From assembly GCF_032191835.1 (NCBI RefSeq), contig NC_083232.1, forward strand, positions 82,274,001-82,338,000: a stretch of 64,000 nt of DNA. The letters are read 5' to 3'. Below the pieces are notes generated by a model. It was given only the letters and a program-made list of their open reading frames with translations, did not search any database and was not told the DNA's origin. Position numbers and translations under genes: made by a program. This DNA is from Heteronotia binoei (Eukaryota). Of this stretch, positions 12,601-24,600 are shown one piece after another (position 1 is the stretch's first letter; each line of letters begins with the position of its first letter).

Positions 12601-15600
12601 GCTCTTAACGGTGGTTATACACTCCAGAGTAATTGGTGGAAGGGGAGGTTTTATCTTTCATTTTGTATAATGAGTTGCCTGTTTCTATAATGAGCAGCAT
12701 GCCCTTAAGTACTTGGAATCGTCTTTGCTAAGTGGTCTGTGTGGTTGGAATGGAAGTGTGCACAGTTGCTATTTTCTGCCATAGTGGCTCCATAGGCCCC
12801 ACTCTGCCTGTCTGGTCCAGGGCTGGCCCTGCCACTAAGCAAACTAGGTGCTTGCTTAGGGTGCCAGCCTTCTGGGGGCACCAAATTGGGTACCCCCATG
12901 TGACTTAGTGACATTATCAGTGTGTGGGGGGGGGGTGCCAGAAGTTAGCCTTGCCTGGGATGCCAGACAGTCTAGGGCCAGCCCTGGTCATGGCAAATAC
13001 TTCCACTTCTTCCACTTCCCAGAGGCAAAAGTTCTGTTTCTGTGTGGCTGGCTTTATTTAGATCAGAGGTCCCCAACCCCCGGGCCATGGACCAATAACG
13101 GGCCATGGCCTGTTAGCAACTAGGCCATGAGCTGTGTAGTTATTTCATTATATATTGCAATGTAATAATAGAAACCATCCCCCTTCCTTCCAGTCCGTGG
13201 AAAAATTGTCTTCCACAAAACCGGTCTCTGGTGCCAAAAAGGTTGGGGACCACTGATTTAGATCCTTCAAAGGATTATGACTTCAGGTTGTGCTACAGAA
13301 GCCTTCACAAGACCAGCTCCCTTTTAACCATTGATCCCTCCTACCTCTGTTTTCCAGCCAACCTGTCTTCTTGCCCCTGACTGCAAAGCTCTGCATGAAA
13401 TTCTCAGCTTGCTTCTTCCTGAAGTTCCATCCACCTTTTCCAGTGTCTTCATCCAACATTGAGAAGCTACAGAAGCTTACAGGCAAACTGATTTAGTTAG
13501 AATTTTGAGTTGTTCGCCTCCTCCTTCCCTCCTACATGACTGCAAAATGTTTAGTTAATACTTCCTTATGAAGTCTTCTTTAACATAAATGTTAGTGTGT
13601 GGGGAGACCTATATTTTGCCTACAAGCGTATCCCAGGAACACTAGTAGTTTCTATCCACATTCAATAGATTCAAGAACAAATTTTACTGACGTGACCTGA
13701 CTAGCCCAGGCAAGTCTGATCTCATCACATCTTGGAAGCCTAAGTAAGGTCAACTGGGGTTAGTAGATGATGAGAGACCACCTTAAAATACCAGCAAATT
13801 AGTGACTTTCAGACACAAACACACATCCAAATACAAAAAATACCTCCCAAAAAAGAGTTAAAACAACAAATTTCACTTACCATGGGGAAACAATCCATAA
13901 GAATCTCTACACATTATTATCTCTGTTTTTGTGTGTTTGTTCCAAGTTGCTCTTACACAGTATTATTTCCTACCAATAATTCCAGTGAAATAGCATTCCA
14001 TTTTTCCCGTCAGATTAAGTTATGCTCTATAGGCAATAAATGTGTTGTTTGTTTCTCTAGTCATGTCCTGAATGGCCCTGACGTATTGATGGCCAGTGAA
14101 AGTAAGTGACGGCCACAAGCTTTAAGACTGAGTGAAATTGATGCATGGAGAAGTCCATTGATGGATACTAGGTTTGTGACTGAAGGGAGCCTCCATCTAC
14201 AGAGCCAGCAAAACTCTGAATAGCAGCGCTAGGAGGCGGCAACAGTAGGGGAGAACCTTGGCTTTTATGCCCTGTTTGTTTGGTTCTCCAGGGCAACTGG
14301 TTGACCACTGCATGAAAGAGGATGCTGGACTCGATAGACTGATGGCCTGATCTAGCAAGCTGTACTTAGTTTCAAAACTTGTCGTAAGAACCTATTTGAA
14401 ACTTCTGTGAACAAACCTGAAATTTTGACTGGATGTCCTAATTTATTTGTCTGCCTTTGGAGAAAGGAGAAGCTTTAGAAAAGGAGCAAAACAGCTAAAA
14501 GTTCACCTTGGCTAAATCTAAGTTTGATCCTGAACATTTTTACTTGAAAGTTGATCCTTGTCAATACTTGTTTCCAAATATGCTTAGCAGTTCAGTTTTC
14601 TGTTGGAAGTAAGGCCCCATGGATGCATTCAAGAAATGGGGTACCTGCAGGGGGTTTTTTGTGCCAGAGCCCACTGGAGCACAGCTCCACCTGGGATAAC
14701 CAGGGTTCCAGCAGAAGAGGACAGCCACATGCTCCTAGGCAGGCAACATTTGCCAACTGGGCTCACAGGCCCAAGCCATGCTGTGGTATGGCTTCCTTAG
14801 GCCCAGCTCACTAGCTGGGTTCGTGGGGCTGAGCCATGCTGTGGCATGGCTTCCCAGAGCTCCTGCTGGGCTTTTTCTACAAAAAAAAAAGCCCTGGGTA
14901 CACACAGTACACTCCTCCACTTGAGTTTGATGGTGGCATGGTGGAAACTACAATCAAGTTGCAGCTGACTTATGGCAATCCCATTCAATTTTCAAGGCAA
15001 AAAGACATTCAGAGATTGTCATTGCCTTCTGCCTTGCAATCCTTGTCTTTCTTGGTGGTCTCCCATCCAAGTGTTACTCAGGGCCAACCCTGCTTAGCTT
15101 CTGAGATCAGATGAGATCAGGCTAGCCTGGGCTATCCAGGTCAGGGTTGAGTAGAGTTTATACATTTCTAAATCCAATGAGCTTGGCCAGGGGTGGAATT
15201 CTAGCAGGAGCTTATTTGCATATTAGGCCACGCACCCCTGATGCTGCCAATCCTCCAAGAGTTTACAAGGCTCTATTTTGTAAGCTCTTGGAGGATTCGC
15301 TACAACAAGGGGGTGTGGCCTAATATGCAAAGGAGTTCCTGCTAGAATTCTACCCCTGGGCTTGGCTCCCTCAAAGGCCAGTTGTGTCAGAGAAGGAGAA
15401 AAATCTTCTTTGTCTTGGATTGACTTATTCTATGTCTCTGGAGTTGGTGTTTCTTTGAGGCAAGGCAATGCCAAAGACAGCCATCCTGATGAGCATGCTA
15501 GGGTTTGACTTCTGGTGAAGGTGTTTCACATCTGATCATCCGCATGAGCTTGCCTTCAGGGTCAACTGGTTCTTTCCTGATGTTCAGGAACTTGAAGCTC

Positions 15601-18600
15601 AGCCCACAGAAATGGAAGGGAGGAGTGAGCAGAAGATGCAGAATCTAAAGAAGAGGCTGAGTGAATAATACCCACATCATTCTCATGCCCACATCTCCTT
15701 CTTTTCATGCATAGTTGAGAGGGTGACAGAGGGGGTCCTCACATGAAAATAGGAAGGGCAGGAGAAGTGGCAGAGGAGAAGATGCAGAATTAATTAAATT
15801 GATATTTGTGGTGTGGTTGATGACAATCTTGACCTTTCAGTTGCATAACCTTGTTGCTCTGTTGGCAGAGACCCAGCAGTCTCCTGGTAATTCTGTCACC
15901 AAGGTGCACTTGATTTTTGCTTTGATCTTATGGCCTAATCATTGTCATAAGAAAAGAATTTTGTTTCAGGAATTGCAATAGATGGCTTGAACCTAGCTCC
16001 TCTTCATGAGTTGATTGTTCAGCACGCCCTTTCTGAAAAACACAAATATAATCCAGCAGTTAACAACTTTTTTGTTGTGGTGAGTACCCCACTAATAAGA
16101 ACCAGGACCTGGATGAAGAGGGATGTAACAGTTTAAATCAGATGTGTTTGGTTTTTCCCTCTCTTTTGGGTTTGTTGCATTTTGGAAAGCCATGTAGATT
16201 TTTGGAAATGTGCATGTTAAATAGACTTCTGCGGTACAATGCCATGACCTCTGACTTAGCCTAACTACATCATCTAAATTTGTGGGATCTACCATGACTC
16301 TAAACACAGCTGCAGTTCTGTACACAGTTTTAACTTTCATGCTACCCCGCCCCAACATAAATTCCATTCAGACTTTAATTAACAACATTGTGCGCTGCTG
16401 AAGACTATTTGACCTTCTTAAATAGGTGAGATGATGTGTTTAGCACAAACACTCACACATACAATTTCTGCAGACTTTTAAACCATTCAAATGCCTTGAA
16501 CTGGGGAGATACTGACTCGCAAAGGCCTTGCACAAACCTGTCTGAAGCTACTGTAATGACTACGTGAATTATAGATGCAGTTTGGATAGTTACGAAAACT
16601 TGCTGATGGGAACAAGTGACATTAGAAATGAAGAGTCAAAGGCTGCTACTGACAGGTTCATGATCATTCTCACTTACTTTGCTTGCATGGCTTTCTCCTC
16701 TGCAACACTTTTGTGTGATCTTACTGTTGTCATTTCTGGAGGTGGGGATTGGGGAATGGACACATTGGTTTTCCCATAAAAGTTGCTTGACTTTGTGGTT
16801 GATGTGCAGCCTGGTTCATCAGATCTAACACCACCACATATAGTATACCACTGTAGCACTTGTTTGCTTGCCTATTTCAATTCCAAAATGTATCGGTTTC
16901 ATATTGCAATAATGAGAGAAGCTTTCTTTGGGGTTTATGCCTTGGGTTTCAGAGTCGTTTGTACATCCTTTTTCTTGCCCAATGGCTTTTTGATCTTGAA
17001 GGGAAGCACCTTCTACTTTCAGCCTGGATTGTTGATGGTTGAACAAAGCAATCTGGAGAATTTATTTTTAACCTTTTATGCAAAGTTCTTACCCTTACAT
17101 CCTTGGAAAAATAATTGTGAATCCAAGAATAAATCTTGCAATATGAGGAATGTGCAGGTCATTGATTTACAACATTTATGTGGGAAAATTAATTGTAAAC
17201 TCATGCCATATATTTGGAGGAGATTGATTAATTGGCTTGATAAAAGTGATTCATGTAATTGGGCCTATATAAGATAGCCACGCTCCACCCCCCCCCTCCA
17301 AAAAAACACCCCATCTTTCAGATGTGAGTTGCATGAGACTATCCAGTCTTTCTGAGAGCACTTTAGTGAGAATCTCAGAAATTGTATTTTCTCCCTTAAT
17401 CTTAAAATAAATAGGATAAAGGATGATTCATATGTCTTTCTGTCTCTGATTTCATTTATATATGCAAGCATTTTTGTATCATTGTGATTCTTCCATTTGT
17501 AGTCAGTTCAAGAGCAGTTAGACTACTTTTTAAATAACTATCTTAAAAGATAACATGATTTTTGACTGAGCTACAAGGTTTTCACTTGACATTTGGAATA
17601 AACAACCTTCTGATTTCTCTTCCATCAGAGGGCTGATAACCTGCAGAGATTGGTTATTGAAGAAAGTAATCACCTTAATATAGCCTGGTGGTTTAATGTG
17701 AATGTGTTGCTTTGGAACAGGCAAAGAGACTCTTGGTTTCCATACATCTGTTTTAAAGGGAATGCTTCCTTAACAAGGGGGTGGGTGGGGGGAGTCAGTA
17801 ATACACAATTACAATAGCACTTTCCTATGCTATGCTAAAAGCTGGGGGTCTGTGTTATGCTAAAAGCTGAGGGTCATTTTATATTTGGTCTGATTAAGCA
17901 GAGAATTGGTGATTGCCTTGAAGTTCTTCCATGATTGAAATATGTACTGCTCTTCAGTGTCTTCCAGATTGCCCAAAGCACTGTTATTACATAAACAATG
18001 GTACAGGAGCATCTTGTTTGACCGGTGCAGTGGTCAGTAAACTTCCATTCACGCATCTACAGTATGTGCCTGATATAATTGAAGTTCTCCGGCATCAAGC
18101 AGCATACAACACACTTGTTAGTAGCTGCATCTCTGGGATTGCTAACTCTGAAGGTATAATTTTTACCCCTCTTTCTGTCATGTCCTGAGAAGATTATATG
18201 GGGGTGGGTGGAATTAAGGATCTGTTTAACTACCAGAAGTGAAACTTAAGGGTAATAATTATGGCCAACATGTAAAAGCTGGAAATGATTTCACTTCTGG
18301 CTAATTAAGAACATAAGGGAAGCCATATACCAACATGTACCACCACCACTGACCACAACTACTGACTCCTCCCCAGCACTATCAGCCTATCTAGACCTTT
18401 GCACCAAGCAGGCAAGAAGCAGGGTTGCTTTTTATACCCCACCTTCCACTACCCAAAGGAGTCTCAAAATGGCTTACAATCTCCTTCCCTTTGTCTCCTC
18501 ACAACAGACACCCTGTGAGGCAGGAGGGGCTGAGAGAGTTGTGACTGACCCAAGGTCACTCAGCTGGCTTTATGTGGAGGAGTGGGGAATCAAACCCAGA

Positions 18601-21600
18601 TTCGTGTCCACAGCTCTTAACCACTACCTGTTCACCAACTGAAGGGGTTTCTTCTGAGAGACACCTTCCACTTATCAGCACGGTGCCTGGTTTCCCTTTG
18701 ACCCTCATGCTTTGTGACAGCGGTGAGGCTGCCGTTCTCAGAGTGGGACACCTTACAAGTCCCTGAGAGTCTTATCCATTTGCCTAACTGTCTCTGTTTC
18801 TCCAGATCAGCCACCTTGGCCTCATGGGTGTGAACTTGTTCCCTGAGAACCAGGAGGTCCTTGCAACGAGCACACACCCATGATTTGTCCGCTAGGCAGA
18901 TAGTCATACATATGCAATACTCGTTATACTCAGTGCAATACACTGGATAGCCCCCGACCTCCTGCTGGCATTCTACCTTCATAACTGCCTTTTTATTATT
19001 TTTGTCTTCCCCTCCCCGCTTTTTTTTTTTAAGTTCTATTTATGTAGATTTGTTTGTGGAAAGTGTGCTTACCCTTTTAGGAATGTGGAGAGACTAGTGC
19101 CCTGCCTTCTTCACCCTGCTGCTCAACTTGCACCCAATTAGTAATGCAGGACTAAGGCTACGTTATCACATATACAAGGGCAGGGTTCTGTGGCTTGCAC
19201 ATTGCACTGTATTGACAAAAAGTTTCGATACAGAGAGAAAACTTAAACAAAACATTATTGAACACAGTTTTGAATCCAACAAAGTTTAGTTCTGGGTATA
19301 AGCTTTCACATGCATGCATACTTCTTCAGGTACATAGGAACAGACTTGCAAAACCTTTACATACAGGTGAGCAGGTTGAGTTACCAGGAAAGGGTAGCTA
19401 GCTAGAGTCGAGATGCATAAGTAACTGGGTGATAAGTATAGCTAAGACAGCTAACATTATTGAGTCCTTCTGTTTTAACTTGCAAGATCATCTAGAGAGC
19501 TTTTGGTAAGTTAACAAAACTTTGCTTGGGTTTTATTTTGAGGGACACCTCTTTTGGTGCGCCTCTCTCTTTTATTTCCTTGTGGAATCTAATCTCTAAT
19601 AAAATAACTTCCTTCCAGTTTCTTCAGAGCTACTTCATTTTGAAGTTTGTCCGGTGAAAGCCAATAGCTTTTCGGTTACATTTCAGCAGCCTGGGGAGGA
19701 AAATCTAGCCTGTGGTATGTGTAAAAAGCAGAAAGGTGGTGGAGGTGACAGCAACTTCTGTACTAAAAACTGTTAATGATAACTGTGGGTTAGGGTGTTC
19801 TTGCTTGGACCCTTAGCAGATTACCAGAACTGTTCCTCCAAAGGCTGTTAAGACTTCTTTTTACCTAGCTTTCCCATTTGTTTTCTTCCCTTCCCTGGTT
19901 GGAACACACAACCCCACTACTTGTTGACTATAGTGTAATGTGATTGCTATCTCTATGATGCCACTTGTTTAATTTCCACATCCATTGGGTTATGTAATTT
20001 CCAAAGTGTAAATTTCCAAGTTTAGTAAAAAAAATCCTAATTGCGTATTCTTCTCTCCCTCCCTCCTGTTCAGTGTTGATTGATGTTCCCAGCTCAAAGG
20101 AAGTCATATGTACTCTTTATACACTTTCTAAAGACAAGGTCTTAAATGGGATTGAGGAATTTTTCAACAGAGTTTTGAAGCGGTAAGTGATGTCACATCC
20201 AGGGCTTTTTTTTGAGTAGGAACACACAGGAATGCAGTTCTGGCTGGCTTGGTGTCATGGGGTGTGGCCTAATAGGCAAATTAGTTCCTTCTGGGCTTTT
20301 TTTTTTTTTTTTTACAAAGAAAGCCCATGTCACATCTAATGGCCAAAGTCTAGCCCCTACAATGCAAATGGACGAGTTCAGAGAATGGCACCAGCCACTG
20401 TTACTCTTTTGGGGCTTTGCGACCTCAGGGTGGAACCCCTCAGGTTTGCCCAAACATCTTAAATATAAAAAATTAAATTAACCCTTGCAAAGACATACTG
20501 ACATCAGTGCTGATATTACAGAAACTCAGCCACTGAACAAAGTCTGAGTCCAGGGGCACCTTTAAGACCAACAAACTTTAATGCCAGGTATAAGCTTTTG
20601 TGTGTATGTATCTGAAGAAGTGAGCATGCACGTGAAAGCTTATGCCCAGAATTAAACTTTGTTGGTCTTAAAGGTACCACTGGACTCAAACTTTATTCTA
20701 CTGCTTCAGACAAATACAGCTACCCACATGAATCCAAGCCACTGAAGGCTGAGTGGTTTTTTGGCTTGAGGAGAGGGTGATAGAGGCAACCAGCAACAGA
20801 TAGCGGTGGGGGGCAGGGCTGGAGCTGGCAGTGGAAGGAAGGTGAAAATTTCCCTTTTTATATGCAAGTTGTCACAGGTACCCTTCTTGTTTCTTATTAA
20901 TACTAGAACACGGATTTCCTATTAAAGAGAATCTTTGTAATACTGAGAATTAAGGACCAAACTTTGTGTTGTCCTAAACGATGTAATACTGTTACTACCC
21001 TTCCATTAGGGAAGACTTTATTTAAGGAGTATGCATTTAGCTAGTCTGAGATTCATTGCAAAGATGTATCTCTCTTTACCGAATAAAATTATATTGCATG
21101 TTGACAAGTGTACTGAGTGAAATCAAAATAGTTGTTGCAGTGCAGGTTCAATCACTGGGGCAGGGCTTTTTTTTTTTTTTGAGCAGGAATGCACAAGAAC
21201 ATCATTCCGGCTGGTTTGGCATCAGTGGGTGTGGCCTAATACCCAAATGAATTCCTGCTGGGCTTTTTCTACAAAAAAAGCCCTGCACTGGGGCAATGCT
21301 TTAAGGCATCCAGTGCCAAAGTTGGCTACAGAATTCCAGGGCCCTTGGGTCTCGGGAGCCCCACTGCAGCTCCCTTCTTCCCCTCAAGCCTTACAGTCAT
21401 GGCTCCCATTTACCCACTTGCTCCAAATGCAGCTACATTAGAGGAAATGGAATATGATTTTCCTCACCATCTTTTTAGCACCATCACAACATGTGGACCT
21501 AAGTTCCAGTGAAGCTGCAGAGGCTTCAGGGGCAGCAGCTCAATGGTAGAGCATCTGCTTGAGATGCAGAAGGTTCCAGGTTCAATCCCCAGCATCTCCA

Positions 21601-24600
21601 GTTAAACTGCTCGAGATGCAGAAGGTTCCAGGTTCAATCTCCAGCATCGCCAGTTAAAAGGATCAGGTAGAAGGTGATGTAAAAGACCTCAGGCTGAGCC
21701 CCTGGAGAGCTGCTGCCAGTCTGAGAAGACAGTACTGACCTTGAGGGACCAAGGGTCTGTTTCAATATCAGGTAGCTTCATATGTTCAACTGTGATGGAC
21801 TCCTGGAAGTAGTGATTATGTGGAATGATGCTCTGTATTCTTGGTGCTTGGCGGGGGGCAGCAGTGGAAGGGCTTCTAGTGCCCTGGTCCCACTGATGGA
21901 CCTCCTGATGGCACCTGGTTTTTTTTTGCCATTGTGTGACACAGAGTGTTGGACTGGATGGGCCACTGGCCTGATCCAATATGGCTTCTCTTATGTTCTT
22001 AATTACCTTGCACTTTGCTTCCACTGGGAACTGGAAGATCAACACAGCATCACCAGTCAGGGTGAGCACATTGCTAGGCTGAATCTTGGCGGGTGCCTAA
22101 TCATCTTGCCTAAAACCTGGTGATCTCTCATTTTCATGGGCATGTGAAAGGAAAGGTTACTAGATGAGCAGCTCAGGACACTTGTCCCGTGCTTAGGGTA
22201 TATCGGGACTATCTGCTTGAACTATCGTCAGTCTGGAAATAAGGGGACAGAATTTCTGGGCTTTAATGCCTCTGTAAGCTTCTCAACTAGGACACACAGA
22301 ATGGTGGTGGAAAGTGTCCTCATGTCACAGCTGACTTATGAGCACCCTGTAGGGCTTTCAGGGCAAGAGACATTCAGTAGCAGCTTGCCGTTGTTTGCCT
22401 CTGTATGGTGATCACAGACTTCCTTGGGGGTCTTCTATCCAAATATTAACCAGGGCTGAACCTGATTAGCTTCTGAGATCTAACGAGATGTAATGTAAAT
22501 GTAATGTAAAATTTTATTTATATCCCGCCCTCCCCCGCCGAAGCAGGCTCAGGGCGGCTAACAGCATTTCAAGTAAACAATACAGTATTAAAAACATTAA
22601 ATTCACATTAAAATTCACATTAAAATAAATCAATAATTAAAACATTCCTAAATCAACACTGGCGGTAACCGTTATTAATCTGGCGGTAAACATTAATTCA
22701 GTTATTGGTGAACGCCTGTTTGAAGAGGGCAGTCTTGCAGGCCCTGCGGAACTGGTCTACGTTCCGCAGGGCCCGCACCTCCTCTGGGAGTTTGTTCCAG
22801 AGTTGTGGGGCCGCAACGGAAAAGGCCCGAGTGCGGGTGCTTTGAAGTTTGACTTCTTTTGGCCCAGGGATATTCAGTCTGCTTTTCCCCACTGACCTCA
22901 GTGCTCTCTGGGGCTCATATGGGGAGAGACGGTCCCTCAGGTAGGTCGGTCCTTGGCCATATAGGGCTTTAAAGGTTATGACCAGCACTTTGTACTGGAT
23001 CCGGTATACGATTGGCAGCCAGTGCAGTCCGCGCAGCCCTGGCCGTATATGCTCCCATCTTGGGAGACCAAGTAACAGTCTGGCCGCCGCGTTCTGCACT
23101 AGCTGCAGCTCCCGGGTCCGGTACAGAGGCAGCCCCATGTAGAGAGTGTTACAGTAGTCCAGTCTTGAGGTGACCGTCGCGTGGATCACCATTGCTAGGT
23201 CCTGATGCTCTAGGAAAGGGGCCAACTGCCTCACCCGCCTCAGGTGGAAGAATGCTGATTTGGCAGTGGCTGTTATCTGGGCCTCCATTGATAATGAAGG
23301 CTCCAGTAAGACGCCCAGGCTCTTTACCCACTGCGCCGTCTTCAGCGGCGCCCCGTCAAAGGCCGGGAGAGATATTTCCTTCCCCAGAATGCCACGACCC
23401 ACATGGAGAACCTCTGTCTTCGCTGGATTTAACTTCAGCCCACTCAGTCTAAGCCACGTTGCAACAGCCTGCAAAGCCCGGTCCAGGTTCCCCGGGGCGG
23501 AGGCGGGCCGTCCGTCCATTAGTAGATAGAGCTGGGTGTCATCTGCGTATTGATGGCAACCCAGCCCAAATCTCCGGGCAATCTGGGCGAGGGGGCGCAT
23601 ATAGATGTTGAATAACATCGGGGAGAGAACTGCTCCCTGGGGCACCCCACAGTCTAGTGTGTGCCTCTGGGATCGCTCACCCCCAATCGCCACCCTCTGT
23701 CCCCGACCCATGAGGAAGGAGGAAAGCCATTGTAAGGCCAGCCCCTCAACCCCTATGTCGGCGAGGTGGTGAATCAGCAACCGATGGTCGACTGTATCAA
23801 ATGCAGCCGACAAATCTAATAACATCAGTATTGCCGCACCGCCTCGATCCAGTTGCCGCTGGAGGTCATCCACCAAGGCGACCAGGACCGTCTCCGTCCC
23901 GTGGCCCGGTCGGAAGCCAGACTGGCACGGGTCTAAGACAGAAGCGTCATCTAAAAATCTCTGTAGCTGCAACGCCACTGCCCTCTCGATAATTTTACCT
24001 AAAAATGGTAAATTGGACACCGGTCGGTAGTTTGCCAATTCGGCCGGGTCTGCTGTAGGTTTTTTCAAGAGGGGGCGGACCAAAGCCTCTTTCAGAGGCG
24101 TTGGAAAATGCCCCTCTAGGAGGGATCTATTTATGATGTCCCGTAGAGGACATCTAAGCTCCCTCTGGCAGGATTTAATCAGCCAAGAGGGGAAAGGGTC
24201 CAAATCACATGATGTTGGGCGAGCAGCAGAGAGAATTCCATCAACTTCCTCCAGGCTGAGTGGGTTGAAGTGGTCCAGTACTAAATCTGAAGACCGGCGC
24301 GGAGCCTCAGTTTCACTTACTGTGTCTAATGTGATAGGCAGGTCTTGGCGGAGCGAAGAGATTTTATCTGCAAAATATTTCGCAAATGCCTCACAGCCTA
24401 TTTCTAATTCCCTAATATTTGGTTTGCCTTGTGGCAATGTTATAAGATCTCCAATTACTCTAAACAATTGTGCTGGGCACGATTTTGCAGATGCAATCTT
24501 GGCTGCGAAGTATTCTTTCTTTGCAGCCTTGACTGCCATCTCATAAGACCTCATAAGTGTTCTATAGGATGTTCTCGTCGCTTCGTCCCGAGTATGCCTC

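Noticed and set aside
16783-17277. 164-aa ORF in a MED1-like intron
   Set aside because: No motif, no fitting splice phases; the flanking exons already join in frame.
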